A stretch of 43,400 bases of DNA from an uncultured Clostridia bacterium (GTDB lineage: Bacteria; Bacillota; Clostridia; TANB77; CAG-508): assembly GCA_947626235.1 (NCBI GenBank), contig CANQRI010000113.1:1-43400 (forward strand), in the 5' to 3' direction. Shown in pieces: positions 7,480 through 16,994 of this stretch. Position 1 is the stretch's first letter. Each line of letters starts with the position of its first letter. The position numbers and the translations under genes are program-made. The notes under the pieces were generated by a model. That model ran no database searches. It was not told where the DNA came from and saw only the letters and a list, made by a program, of their open reading frames with translations.

Positions 7480-8241
7480 TTATTTTACTCTCTTAAATAT
7501 GAACTCTTTTTGATTGGTTTCTTCTATACTACTCATGCCTTCTTCTGTAATGTTTCCTGTTGGAAGATTTAATTTCAATGTTGTTTTATAATCTCTTACG
7601 GATGTCTTCATTATTATATCCATTTCTACTTCAAAATTTAATTGCTCTTTATCTATTCCTGCTCTCGTAATAAGAGTTCCATCATGCTTTATTTCTTCAT
7701 CTTCATTTGATACATATTTTGCAAAGTTTGTATTTGCTATTCTAATTGCTATGCTTCCTCCTTGATTTCCAATTTGCAATGTTTTAGTGCTACTTTTTTC
7801 TGCTCCTTTATATTCTAATTTTTCTTTTACTTCTAATTCATCTGAATATGTAAATGTTCTTCCTTCTCCACTATTAGGCATATATATCTTTACTTCTCCT
7901 ACTTCAGGTTGCTTTGTGATTTTTATATTTTGTATTATTATACTTTTTATAAACTCTGTTCCTTCATATTCTTCTCTTTTTTGAAAGTCTATGTATATAT
8001 CATTATTTTGCCATATATTAAAATTCCATTTTTCCTGTGTTTCTGAATTTTCTTCAACATTTTCTTCAACGCCTTCTGCCGTACTAATAATTGTTAATTT
8101 TGAAATTTTAAATGGCATATTAGGCTCTCCTTCTATTTGATATATTATTGCTACAATAACCGAAAATAGAATTATTGTTAGCACTATGCATATCGCTATT
8201 GCCGCCTTTATTTTTTCTTTTTTACTTTTTATTTCCATCAA
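7480..8241 (-). CDS. Hypothetical membrane-anchored protein
   Basis: 253 aa with a single N-terminal TM helix (AAIAICIVLTIILFSVIVAIIY) followed by a beta-rich extracytoplasmic region. I recognise no family signature. Confidence 0.55.
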   Translation of the reverse strand: MMEIKSKKEKIKAAIAICIVLTIILFSVIVAIIYQIEGEPNMPFKISKLTIISTAEGVEENVEENSETQEKWNFNIWQNNDIYIDFQKREEYEGTEFIKSIIIQNIKITKQPEVGEVKIYMPNSGEGRTFTYSDELEVKEKLEYKGAEKSSTKTLQIGNQGGSIAIRIANTNFAKYVSNEDEEIKHDGTLITRAGIDKEQLNFEVEMDIIMKTSVRDYKTTLKLNLPTGNITEEGMSSIEETNQKEFIFKRVK

Positions 8242-8262
8242 CTTATCTCCTTTTGGTTGATT

Positions 8263-8724
8263 TTATGTTAACTTGTTTTTGTTTCTCAACATTTTAAAAA
8301 AGCTTTTTATTATTGCTTCGCAATCTTCTTTTAATACATCTTTTTCAATTTCTACTTTATGATTAAACTTATAATCATCTAATAAATTTAAAACACTTCC
8401 ACATGCTCCTGTTTTATAATCCATTGCTCCTATATATACTTTTTTTATTCTACTTTGAATTAATGCCCCTGTACACATTGGACAAGGCTCTAATGTTACA
8501 TACATTTCACATTCTGATAATCTCCATGCGCCTATTTTTTTACTTGCTTTTTGTATGGCTAGAATTTCTGCATGGCATGTAGTATCTTTTTTTATCTCTT
8601 TTTGATTATGAGCTCTTGCTATAATTTTACCGTCTTTTACTATAACTGCTCCAACTGGCACTTCCTCTTTATCGTATGCTTTTTGTGCCTCTTTTAGAGC
8701 TTCTTTCATAAATTTTTCTACCAT
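8263..8724 (-). CDS. tadA: tRNA adenosine(34) deaminase
   Basis: Has the CMP/dCMP deaminase zinc motifs HAEILAI and PCPMC, and sits in the conserved position next to the SRP RNA and dnaX. Confidence 0.92.
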   Translation of the reverse strand: MVEKFMKEALKEAQKAYDKEEVPVGAVIVKDGKIIARAHNQKEIKKDTTCHAEILAIQKASKKIGAWRLSECEMYVTLEPCPMCTGALIQSRIKKVYIGAMDYKTGACGSVLNLLDDYKFNHKVEIEKDVLKEDCEAIIKSFFKMLRNKNKLT

Positions 8725-8751
8725 TTAGGCTCCTTTAATTTTTTTATACTT

Positions 8752-8828
8752 TGGTGTGCCAAAGAGGATTCGAACCTCCGACCTGCAGTTTAGGAAACTG
8801 TCGCTCTATCCTACTGAGCTATTGGCAC
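8752..8828 (-). tRNA. tRNA-Arg (anticodon CCU), CCA encoded
   Basis: The reverse complement reads GTGCCAATAGCTCAGTAGGATAGAGCGACAGTTTCCTAAACTGCAGGTCGGAGGTTCGAATCCTCTTTGGCACACCA, with anticodon loop TTCCTAA. Confidence 0.85.
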
Positions 8829-8937
8829 ATATAATTTTTATCTAGCTTTTTTATTGTACTATATTTTTATTAAAAAAGCAACTTTATTTTTATTTTCTTT
8901 TATGCTATAATTAACGTTCGAAGGGAATGAGTTTTTT

Positions 8938-9648
8938 ATGCAAAGAATTTTAAGTGAAATGAGAAAAGCTATTAGGCATTATAATATGATAGAAGATGGT
9001 GATAAAATCGCAGTATGCCTATCTGGAGGCAAAGATTCTATTACTATGCTAATGGGTCTAAAACAATTACAAACATATTTTGATAAGGATTTTGAAATTA
9101 TTGCTGTTAGTGTACATCCTGGTTTTGAGTTTTTTGACGTAGAATTTCTAAAAAGTGTTTGTAATAAGCTAGACATACCTCTTATTATAGAGGAAAGTCA
9201 TATAAAAGAAATTGTATTTGATATTAGAAAGGAAAAGCATCCTTGCTCACTATGTGCAAATATTAGAAGGGGTATTTTAAATTCTGTTGCTATAAGAGAA
9301 GGCTGTAATAAAATTGCTCTTGGACATAATGAAGATGACGTTTTAGAAACATTTTTAATGAATCTATTTTTAACTGGTGCTTTTTCAACATTTGGTCCAT
9401 CTACTTATATGGATAGATCAAAGATTACAGTTATAAGACCTCTTATTTACCTTCCTGAAAGGGAAATTAAGAAATTTGTAAAAAGAGAAAATATAGCTAC
9501 TATGAAAAAGAATTGCCCAATGGACGGTGTATCTAAAAGAGAATATATGAAAGATTTACTTTATAAACTTTCTTGTGATATACCTATGGTTAGAGCAAAC
9601 CTACTTGGCGTAATAAAAAGAAATAATATAAAGGGTTGGCACGAATAA
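8938..9648 (+). CDS. PP-loop ATPase, TtcA-like tRNA 2-thiocytidine synthase family
   Basis: SGGKDS PP-loop plus Cys motifs (CSLC and NCPMDG). 236 aa. Confidence 0.8.
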   Translation: MQRILSEMRKAIRHYNMIEDGDKIAVCLSGGKDSITMLMGLKQLQTYFDKDFEIIAVSVHPGFEFFDVEFLKSVCNKLDIPLIIEESHIKEIVFDIRKEKHPCSLCANIRRGILNSVAIREGCNKIALGHNEDDVLETFLMNLFLTGAFSTFGPSTYMDRSKITVIRPLIYLPEREIKKFVKRENIATMKKNCPMDGVSKREYMKDLLYKLSCDIPMVRANLLGVIKRNNIKGWHE

Positions 9649-9661
9649 TTTTTTATACATA

Positions 9662-9719
9662 TAAAAAGAGTCTGAAATAAGCTATGTCTATCATTTAGTT
9701 TGCTTCAGACTCTTTTTTG
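9662..9719. terminator. Bidirectional rho-independent terminator between the ttcA-like gene and pgm
   Basis: 10-bp stem AGAGTCTGAA / TTCAGACTCT (9667-9676 and 9704-9713), flanked by an A-run upstream and a T-run downstream. Confidence 0.7.
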
Positions 9720-9741
9720 TTTTTAAAATTAGTTTACATAA

Positions 9742-11445
9742 TTATATAGTGTTCATTAATTTTTCCATTCTTTTTTCTGCATCTTCTAAAGATTTTCCTT
9801 TAACTCCAACATAATATTTTATTTTAGGTTCTGTACCAGAAGGTCTTACACAACACCATGCATTATCACTTAATTCATAATATAAAACATTAGACTTTGG
9901 AAGTCCTGTATTATACATTTGTTTAGTATTACAATCTACTATTCTTCCTTTTTCATAATCTCTAATCTTTTCTACTTCATACTCTCCAAATGTTTTTGGT
10001 GGATTCTCCCTCATTTCTTGTAATATCTTTTTCATTTTTTCTACTCCGTCTGCACCTTCATATGTAACAGATTTTATTCCCTCTTTATAAAAACCATATT
10101 TTTCATATATTTTTATCATTTGGTCCCATAAACTTAAACCTTGTTCTTTATAGTATGCTGCTGCTTCACATAGTACCATTACTGCAACTATTGCATCTTT
10201 ATCCCTTGCATGAGTTCCTATTAAACAGCCATAGCTTTCTTCAAACCCAAATTCATATTCGTACTCTTTTGTTTGTTCAAATTCTTTTATTTTTTCTCCT
10301 ATATATTTAAATCCTGTTAGTACTTCTATTAACTTTATTCCATACTCTTCTGCAATAGCATCTGCTAGTGTTGAAGATACTATACTTCTTATCAAGGTTC
10401 CATTTTTATGTAAAGTGTTTTTTTCTTTTCTTTGTGATAATACATATTCTGCAATTAGCAATGCAGACATATTTCCTGTAAAAGCTTTATATTCTCCTGT
10501 TTTAGTGTCTTTTGCATATACTCCTAATCTATCTGCATCTGGATCTGTAGCTAAAACTATTTCTGCATCTATTTTTTTTGCTAATTCTAATGCTAACTTA
10601 AATGCCTTTTTATCTTCTGGATTTGGATATTCTACTGTTGGAAAATCTCCGTCTGGATTTTCTTGTTCTTTCACAATATTTACATTTTCAAAACCAATTT
10701 CTTTTAGAATTCTTGTTACAGGCATTCTTCCTGTTCCATGAAGTGGAGTGTATACAATTTTTAAATCTTTATTTTTCATTATAACATCAGGATTTAATAC
10801 TTGCTTTTTTAGTTCTTTTATATATTCATCATCTATTTCTTTTCCTATAATGTTATACAATCCATTTTTTATTGCCTCTTCTTTGCTTATTGCTTTTACC
10901 TCTGAATAATCTAAAATATTATTTACTTCATTAATTATTTCCCTATCTTTTGGTGATACTATTTGTGCTCCATCTTCCCAATATACTTTATATCCGTTAT
11001 ACTTTGGTGGATTATGACTTGCTGTAATCATTATTCCTGCTATACAATTTAACTTTCTTACTGTATAAGATAACTCTGGCACAGGTCTTAATTCTTCAAA
11101 TATGTATGTTTTTATTCCATTTGCATTTAAGCAAAGTGCTGCTATTTCACTAAATTCTTTTGACATATGTCTTGAATCATATGCTATTGCTACTCCTCTT
11201 TGTTGAGCTTTTTCTTTTATTATATAATTTGCTAAACCTTGTGTTGCTTTTCCAACTGTATATTTATTCATTCTATTTGTGCCTATTCCAATTACTCCCC
11301 TCAGACCTGCTGTTCCAAACTCTAAATCTTTATAAAATCTGTCTTTTATTTCTTTTTCATCTTTTATTTTTTTTAATTCTTCTCTATCTTTTTCTTCTAT
11401 TATTTCACTATTACACCATTCTTCATATTTTTCTTTATAATTCAT
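9742..11445 (-). CDS. pgcA: Phosphoglucomutase/phosphomannomutase (alpha-D-phosphohexomutase)
   Basis: 567 aa with the active-site loop TASHNPPKYNGYK and the metal loop DPDADR. Confidence 0.9.
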   Translation of the reverse strand: MNYKEKYEEWCNSEIIEEKDREELKKIKDEKEIKDRFYKDLEFGTAGLRGVIGIGTNRMNKYTVGKATQGLANYIIKEKAQQRGVAIAYDSRHMSKEFSEIAALCLNANGIKTYIFEELRPVPELSYTVRKLNCIAGIMITASHNPPKYNGYKVYWEDGAQIVSPKDREIINEVNNILDYSEVKAISKEEAIKNGLYNIIGKEIDDEYIKELKKQVLNPDVIMKNKDLKIVYTPLHGTGRMPVTRILKEIGFENVNIVKEQENPDGDFPTVEYPNPEDKKAFKLALELAKKIDAEIVLATDPDADRLGVYAKDTKTGEYKAFTGNMSALLIAEYVLSQRKEKNTLHKNGTLIRSIVSSTLADAIAEEYGIKLIEVLTGFKYIGEKIKEFEQTKEYEYEFGFEESYGCLIGTHARDKDAIVAVMVLCEAAAYYKEQGLSLWDQMIKIYEKYGFYKEGIKSVTYEGADGVEKMKKILQEMRENPPKTFGEYEVEKIRDYEKGRIVDCNTKQMYNTGLPKSNVLYYELSDNAWCCVRPSGTEPKIKYYVGVKGKSLEDAEKRMEKLMNTI

Positions 11446-11501
11446 ATTCTATTTATATGATATGCTTTTAACAATATCATAAACTCCTTTCTTTTTATAA
11501 T

Positions 11502-11526
11502 AAGACCGCTAAAAATTTGCGGTCTT
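11502..11526 (-). terminator. Hairpin downstream of the UDP-sugar pyrophosphorylase gene
   Basis: AAGACCGC-loop-GCGGTCTT. This is an unusually GC-rich stem just past the stop codon at 11549. The minus-strand T-run is weak. Confidence 0.45.
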
Positions 11527-11548
11527 GTGTTGTTTTATGTTAACCAAT

Positions 11549-12790
11549 TTATAAATTATGATATTTTTTGTATAATTTTCTTGCCGTCTCTGGACTATCT
11601 ACTCCTTCTGCATTTTTCACTGGTGCAAACTCTTCTTCTCTTTTTACTCTCATTATTACCATATCATCTAAACTTTCAAATGCATCAAATAAAAATGCCT
11701 CAAATTTATACGCATTTGGAGTTTCTGGATTTACTATTTCTCCTGCATTATTCATATATGGTATCTTCTTGTGTGCACAATGATATGGAAGTTTGTCCTT
11801 ACTTATTTCATCTATTGCTTCTATATTAAATAAATTGCACAATATATGTGATTCTCCATATTGCAATTCACCTTTTTCATTTCTTTGTTCTGCTAATTCT
11901 TTTGATATTTCTGTATATTCTATTACGCTTGGTTTTCCATTCTTTTTACAAAATACTCCAACTCTTTCTTCTGGATATGCTTTTACAACACTTTTCCCTG
12001 CAGCTAATACTTTTGCATCTTCTGCTAAACCAACTAAAATAGGGTCTACCATTTTTACTAAAACATTGTCTACTCCACCAATAAAAGCCCATTTTATGCC
12101 TCTTGCTCTCATATCATATATAACTGCATTTCTTCTCATTGCTACAAATATTCCACCATGACCATCTGCTGCCTTATTTATTAATCCTTCTTTATTTAAT
12201 AAGATTTTTCCTTCCTCATTAAGTACTGGTAATTCACCTTGCTTAAAAAATTTAACTTTGCTTTTTTCATATCCAAAATAATTGTGCTTTTCAAAAAATT
12301 CTATAGTATCTTCATTGTTTTCTTCACTTGTCATTATATACCAAGGTATATAATCTCCATATTTTTCAAAACTCTCTTTTAGAGTGTCACTTAAAATTTC
12401 AAATAAACTTTTATGAGATTCTAATCCTAAATCAAAACTACCTTTTGGTCCATTATGGCCTAACCTAGTACCTTGTCCACCTGCCATTGTTACCACTGCA
12501 TATTGCCCTTTTTTTATAATATCTTCACCTATTTTTTCATATTTTGCCTTATCTTCTGCTGACAACTTATCTTTCTCTACATATGCGATAGGTTCTAATT
12601 TCATTTCACTAAAAGATACCGGTTTTTGAGTATTCTCGTATAACTTCTTTATTTGATCAAAATTAATTGTCAATATTTCATCTAATAATTTATTTTTCTT
12701 ATTTATATCTAATTTTTCAAAGTTATTTAATAACTGTTCTTGTCCATTATCTTCTAAAAGCTGTTTTACTCTTAAATATTTTTCATCCAT
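11549..12790 (-). CDS. UDPGP type 1 family (UAP1-like) UDP-sugar / UDP-GlcNAc pyrophosphorylase
   Basis: 413 aa with the MAGGQGTRLG nucleotide-binding loop and a GGHGG-type motif (ADGHGGIF), characteristic of the eukaryote-type UDP-sugar pyrophosphorylase family. Confidence 0.8.
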   Translation of the reverse strand: MDEKYLRVKQLLEDNGQEQLLNNFEKLDINKKNKLLDEILTINFDQIKKLYENTQKPVSFSEMKLEPIAYVEKDKLSAEDKAKYEKIGEDIIKKGQYAVVTMAGGQGTRLGHNGPKGSFDLGLESHKSLFEILSDTLKESFEKYGDYIPWYIMTSEENNEDTIEFFEKHNYFGYEKSKVKFFKQGELPVLNEEGKILLNKEGLINKAADGHGGIFVAMRRNAVIYDMRARGIKWAFIGGVDNVLVKMVDPILVGLAEDAKVLAAGKSVVKAYPEERVGVFCKKNGKPSVIEYTEISKELAEQRNEKGELQYGESHILCNLFNIEAIDEISKDKLPYHCAHKKIPYMNNAGEIVNPETPNAYKFEAFLFDAFESLDDMVIMRVKREEEFAPVKNAEGVDSPETARKLYKKYHNL

Positions 12791-12911
12791 ATATTTTCCT
12801 CCATTGTTATTTATATATTTCTATTTAATTATTATTTCCATTGTTCTATTATAATATAACATATATTAGTTTTAGTCAAATTTTAGGATTAAAATATTTA
12901 AGGCTTTAATA

Positions 12912-13448
12912 CTAGCCTATTTTCTCTTTTTTTTCATAATCTTCAAATATTTCTTCTATCTCTTTTTCTCCAGATGTATTAAGTATTTTATCACTATTGT
13001 CTAATATTTCTTGTATACTTCCATTAAAATCTACAATTTCATAGCATGAAACTATTTTTATTTTCGAATTTATGTTAACTAATTTTTCTTTATTTTTATC
13101 TATGTATCTATTTATATTTTCTTTTGCTCTTTCTATATAATCTTTTGTACCATTTACTATTATAAGTTGTTTTTCTGAAAAGGTTTTATCTAATATCTTA
13201 CATATATTAGCATATTTCTTTTCATTTGTTCTTGTCCAATTTATATTTAATATTTGTTCATTTGTTTTTAAATTTAATCTTTCTAATAATGTACAAACAT
13301 TTTCTTTTATATCTTTTTCTAAAACTGTGGCTATTTTTACTCCTTCATTAATTGATTTATTTATGTATGGTAATAACATTGTTACTAAATGCCAGTCACT
13401 AACATAAAAACTACATAAATTTTTAACTAATTTTTTTTGAAAATCCAT
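12912..13448 (-). CDS. Hypothetical cytoplasmic protein
   Basis: 178 aa with a good SD (TAGGAGG) and a strong upstream promoter. I recognise no family. Confidence 0.6.
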   Translation of the reverse strand: MDFQKKLVKNLCSFYVSDWHLVTMLLPYINKSINEGVKIATVLEKDIKENVCTLLERLNLKTNEQILNINWTRTNEKKYANICKILDKTFSEKQLIIVNGTKDYIERAKENINRYIDKNKEKLVNINSKIKIVSCYEIVDFNGSIQEILDNSDKILNTSGEKEIEEIFEDYEKKEKIG

Positions 13449-13483
13449 ATTTATAGCCTCCTATATGTTTTTTGATATGGTAA

Positions 13484-13548
13484 ATTTTACCATTTATTTT
13501 GTTATGTGTCAATAATATTACAAATAAAGTTTTCGCCCTTTTTCGACA
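13484..13548 (-). promoter_or_regulatory. Sigma-A promoter with two upstream Spo0A-box-like motifs, for the 178-aa gene
   Basis: On the minus strand, TTGACA (13512-13507), a 17-nt spacer and TGG-TAAAAT (13489-13484). Plus-strand TTCGCCC (13532) and TTCGACA (13542) lie exactly 10 bp apart; the latter is the 0A-box consensus TGTCGAA on the minus strand. Confidence 0.45.
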
Positions 13549-13652
13549 CATAAACTTTCTTAAAAAATTTTTTCCAAATAAGTATATATTTTTTTTATTT
13601 GTCAATACTTAAAATAAAGACAAAAATTTTATAATTTTATTTGGAGGTTTGT

Positions 13653-14318
13653 ATGAAAACTTTATTATCTATTATATGTTCTAAAAAAGTAAAATATTCC
13701 TTATTTTTGATAATTTTACTTTGTATATATATATTGGTCTGTGCAATTTCTTACGTAGATGCTGTTTCTACTGATATTGAGAATAGTGTTTTTAGACTTC
13801 ATGTTATTGCAAACAGTAATACAGAGGAAGACCAAAATTTAAAATATATTGTTAGGGATAATTTAATTGAATATATGAATACACTCGTAGAAGATTTTTC
13901 TTCAAAAGAAGATGTAATTAATATTGCAAATTCTCATAAAGACGATTTTTACTCTATTGCTAAACAAACTATTTTAGATAATGGATTTAATTATGATGTT
14001 AATATTGAAATAGGTAATTTTGATTTTCCTACAAAAAACTATGGAGATATTTCATTACCTGCTGGTTATTATGATGCATTAAGAGTAAAAATTGGAGAAG
14101 CTAAAGGCGAAAATTGGTGGTGTGTAATGTTCCCTCCTCTATGTTTCGTAAATATAAGTTCTGGTATTGTTCCAGAAGAATCTAAAGAATATATGAAAAA
14201 TGAGCTTTCAGATGAAGAATATGATTTGATAAGTAAAAAAGAGTCTAATGGCATTCAATTTAAGTTTAAACTTATTGAATGGTTACAAAGTACTAATATA
14301 CTAACTGCAAAAAAATAG
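13653..14318 (+). CDS. spoIIR: Stage II sporulation protein R
   Basis: Signal/TM segment followed by the FRLHVIANSN...ENWWCVMFPPLCF motifs typical of SpoIIR. SD GGAGG precedes ATG at 13653; the track's TTG at 13641 overlaps that SD. Confidence 0.88.
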   Translation: MKTLLSIICSKKVKYSLFLIILLCIYILVCAISYVDAVSTDIENSVFRLHVIANSNTEEDQNLKYIVRDNLIEYMNTLVEDFSSKEDVINIANSHKDDFYSIAKQTILDNGFNYDVNIEIGNFDFPTKNYGDISLPAGYYDALRVKIGEAKGENWWCVMFPPLCFVNISSGIVPEESKEYMKNELSDEEYDLISKKESNGIQFKFKLIEWLQSTNILTAKK

Positions 14319-14350
14319 TTGTAAAATATATACATTTGTGATATATATAG

Positions 14351-14386
14351 AATAGAATATTTAAAAGTATTCTATTTTATTTTTTT
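14351..14386 (+). terminator. Rho-independent terminator after spoIIR
   Basis: 9-bp stem AATAGAATA / TATTCTATT followed by TTATTTTTTT. Confidence 0.6.
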
Positions 14387-14399
14387 GGGGGTAATTTAT

Positions 14400-15662
14400 T
14401 TGGATAAATTAGTAATACATGGTCCAACAAAACTAAATGGTGAAGTAATTATTAGTGGAGCAAAAAATGCAGCAGTTGCATTACTTCCAGCTACTTTATT
14501 AGTCGACGGTATTTGCACAATTAATAACCTTCCTAATATTAGTGATGTAAAAATATATTGCGATATTTTAGAGCAACTTGGAGCTAAAATAACTTGGGTA
14601 ACGAAAAATGAAATTACGATAGATACAAGAAATATAACTTGCACAGAGGCACCATTAGAGCAAACAAGTAAATTTAGAGCTTCTTATTATTTAATAGGAT
14701 CTTTACTTGGTAGATGTAAACATGTACAAGTAGGTCTTCCTGGTGGTTGTAATTTAGGTGCAAGACCTATTGATCAACATATTAAAGGTTTCGAAGCTTT
14801 GGGAGCTACAGTAGATGTAAGTCAAGGAAAAATAACTGCTTATGCCGATGAATTAGTAGGAACTTCTATATATATGGACGTTGTATCTGTTGGAGCAACT
14901 ATTAATGTTATGCTTGCAAGTGTTTTGGCTAAAGGAACCACTGTTATTGAAAACCCTGCCAAGGAGCCTCATATTGTTGACGTAGCAAACTTTTTAAATA
15001 CTATGGGAGCAGATATTCGTGGTGCAGGAACAGATAGTATAAAAATAAATGGTGTTGAAAAATTACATGGAAACTGTACGTATTCTGTTGTTCCAGACCA
15101 AATTGAAGCAGGTACTTTTATGCTTGCTGCTGTTGCCACCCAAGGTGATATTACTTTGAAAAACTGCGTTCCCGAACATTTAGATTGTATAACAGCAAAA
15201 ATTATAGAAATGGGCGCTAATGTAACTATAGATAGAGATTCAATTCGAGTATGTTGTAATAAAAGACCTGAAAAGGCTAATATAAAAACCTTGCCTTATC
15301 CTGGTTTTCCTACAGATTTGCAACCTCAAATTGGAGTTTGCCTATCTATTGCTAATGGAACAAGTATTATTAATGAAAGTATTTGGGAATCAAGATTTCA
15401 ATATACTGCCGAATTAAATAAAATGGGTGCTAAAATTATAGATCAAGGTAAGTCTGCTGTATTTGAAGGTGTTGATACCTTAATTGGCTCTCCTGTTTAT
15501 GCTACAGATTTAAGAGCTGGTGCTGCACTTATTATTGCAGGTGTTACCGCAAATGGTGAAACTTCTCTATATAATATAGAACATATAGATAGAGGTTATG
15601 AAAATATAGAAGAAAAATTCAGAAAACTAGGAGCTAATATTACTAGAGTTCATGAAGATTAA
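14400..15662 (+). CDS. murA: UDP-N-acetylglucosamine 1-carboxyvinyltransferase
   Basis: Full-length MurA/EPSP-fold protein (LVIHG..L.GEV.ISGAKNAA and the catalytic loop GGCNLGARPID). SD GGGGG lies 8 nt before TTG at 14400. Confidence 0.93.
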   Translation: MDKLVIHGPTKLNGEVIISGAKNAAVALLPATLLVDGICTINNLPNISDVKIYCDILEQLGAKITWVTKNEITIDTRNITCTEAPLEQTSKFRASYYLIGSLLGRCKHVQVGLPGGCNLGARPIDQHIKGFEALGATVDVSQGKITAYADELVGTSIYMDVVSVGATINVMLASVLAKGTTVIENPAKEPHIVDVANFLNTMGADIRGAGTDSIKINGVEKLHGNCTYSVVPDQIEAGTFMLAAVATQGDITLKNCVPEHLDCITAKIIEMGANVTIDRDSIRVCCNKRPEKANIKTLPYPGFPTDLQPQIGVCLSIANGTSIINESIWESRFQYTAELNKMGAKIIDQGKSAVFEGVDTLIGSPVYATDLRAGAALIIAGVTANGETSLYNIEHIDRGYENIEEKFRKLGANITRVHED

Positions 15663-15682
15663 TATGCGAAAGAAGGTTTACA

Positions 15683-16474
15683 ATGTTTAAATTTTGCAGT
15701 TTATGTAGTGGCAGTTCTGGTAATTGCTCACTTATACAAAGTGATAATACAAAAATCCTTATAGATGCTGGTGAGAGTTGTAAAAAAATATGTACAGCTC
15801 TTAATTCTATTAATGTAGAACCTAATGAGATTGATGCTATTTTAGTAACACATGAACATTCCGACCATATTAAAGGCATTTCTACTTTTTCTACTAAATA
15901 TAATACTCCTGTTTTTGCAAACGCAGAAACTTGGAATGCTATGCCATCAGAAAAATCAAAAGTTGCTGAAAATAATATTTCTTATTTTAATTTAAATGAA
16001 AAATTTAATATTAAGGATTTAGAAATTTTTGCTTTTCCTATTCCTCATGATGCTGTTAACCCTTGTGGTTTTAATGTTTTTTATAAGAATAAAAAACTTA
16101 GCGTAGCAACTGATATTGGTCATATGACAAAGGATATTATAAATAATTTAATAAATAGTTCCTTCTTATTATTAGAAGCAAATTATGACCCTAAAGTTTT
16201 ACAATGTTCACCGTATCCATATTTATTAAAGCAACGCATTGCTGGACCTAATGGACATCTTTCTAATGACATGGCTGGACAAACCATTTCCTACTTATCT
16301 AAATACGGTTTAAAAACTGCCATGCTTGGACATTTAAGTAAAGAAAATAATTTTCCAGAATTAGCTTACAAAACAGTAGTTGAGCAACTTATAGAAAATA
16401 ATGTAGATGAATCTACTTTGAATTTGTCTGTTGCTACAAGATACGAAGCAACTCCTATTATTGATGTAGGATAA
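15683..16474 (+). CDS. MBL-fold metallo-hydrolase, YycJ/WalJ-like
   Basis: HEHSDH metal motif, 263 aa, adjacent to rlmH as in Bacillus (yycJ..yydA). Confidence 0.8.
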   Translation: MFKFCSLCSGSSGNCSLIQSDNTKILIDAGESCKKICTALNSINVEPNEIDAILVTHEHSDHIKGISTFSTKYNTPVFANAETWNAMPSEKSKVAENNISYFNLNEKFNIKDLEIFAFPIPHDAVNPCGFNVFYKNKKLSVATDIGHMTKDIINNLINSSFLLLEANYDPKVLQCSPYPYLLKQRIAGPNGHLSNDMAGQTISYLSKYGLKTAMLGHLSKENNFPELAYKTVVEQLIENNVDESTLNLSVATRYEATPIIDVG

Positions 16475-16499
16475 TAATATTTTAATTGTAGGTGTTTTT

Positions 16500-16979
16500 A
16501 TGTTACATATTGATATCATTTGTGTGGGTAAACTTAAAGAACAATATTTTAAAGATGCTTTAAATGAATATTCTAAAAGACTTTCTAAATATTGTATTTT
16601 ATCTGTTGTTGAATTACCTGATGAAAAAGTTCCTGATAAATTAAATGATAAATTAATTTCTGATATTAAGGAAAAAGAAAGTAATAATATTTTATCTCAT
16701 ATAAAAAAGGATAGTTATGTTATTAGTTTAGACTTACGAGGTAAACAATTTACTTCTGAAGAATTTTCCAAAAAATTAGAAAATATTTCTTTAATAAATA
16801 GTTATGTTACTTTTATAATTGGTGGTACTTTAGGATTATCTGATAAATTAATTTCTAGTTCTAATGAATTAATTTGTTTTTCAAAAATGACTTTTCCCCA
16901 TCAATTAATAAGAATTTTTTTATTAGAGCAAATCTTTAGAGGATTTAAAATTTCTAATAATGAAACTTATCACAGATAA
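16500..16979 (+). CDS. rlmH: 23S rRNA (pseudouridine1915-N3)-methyltransferase
   Basis: 159-aa SPOUT family protein with FIIGG..G and typical RlmH length and ends. Confidence 0.9.
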   Translation: MLHIDIICVGKLKEQYFKDALNEYSKRLSKYCILSVVELPDEKVPDKLNDKLISDIKEKESNNILSHIKKDSYVISLDLRGKQFTSEEFSKKLENISLINSYVTFIIGGTLGLSDKLISSSNELICFSKMTFPHQLIRIFLLEQIFRGFKISNNETYHR

Positions 16980-16994
16980 TAATATATAGAGGAT

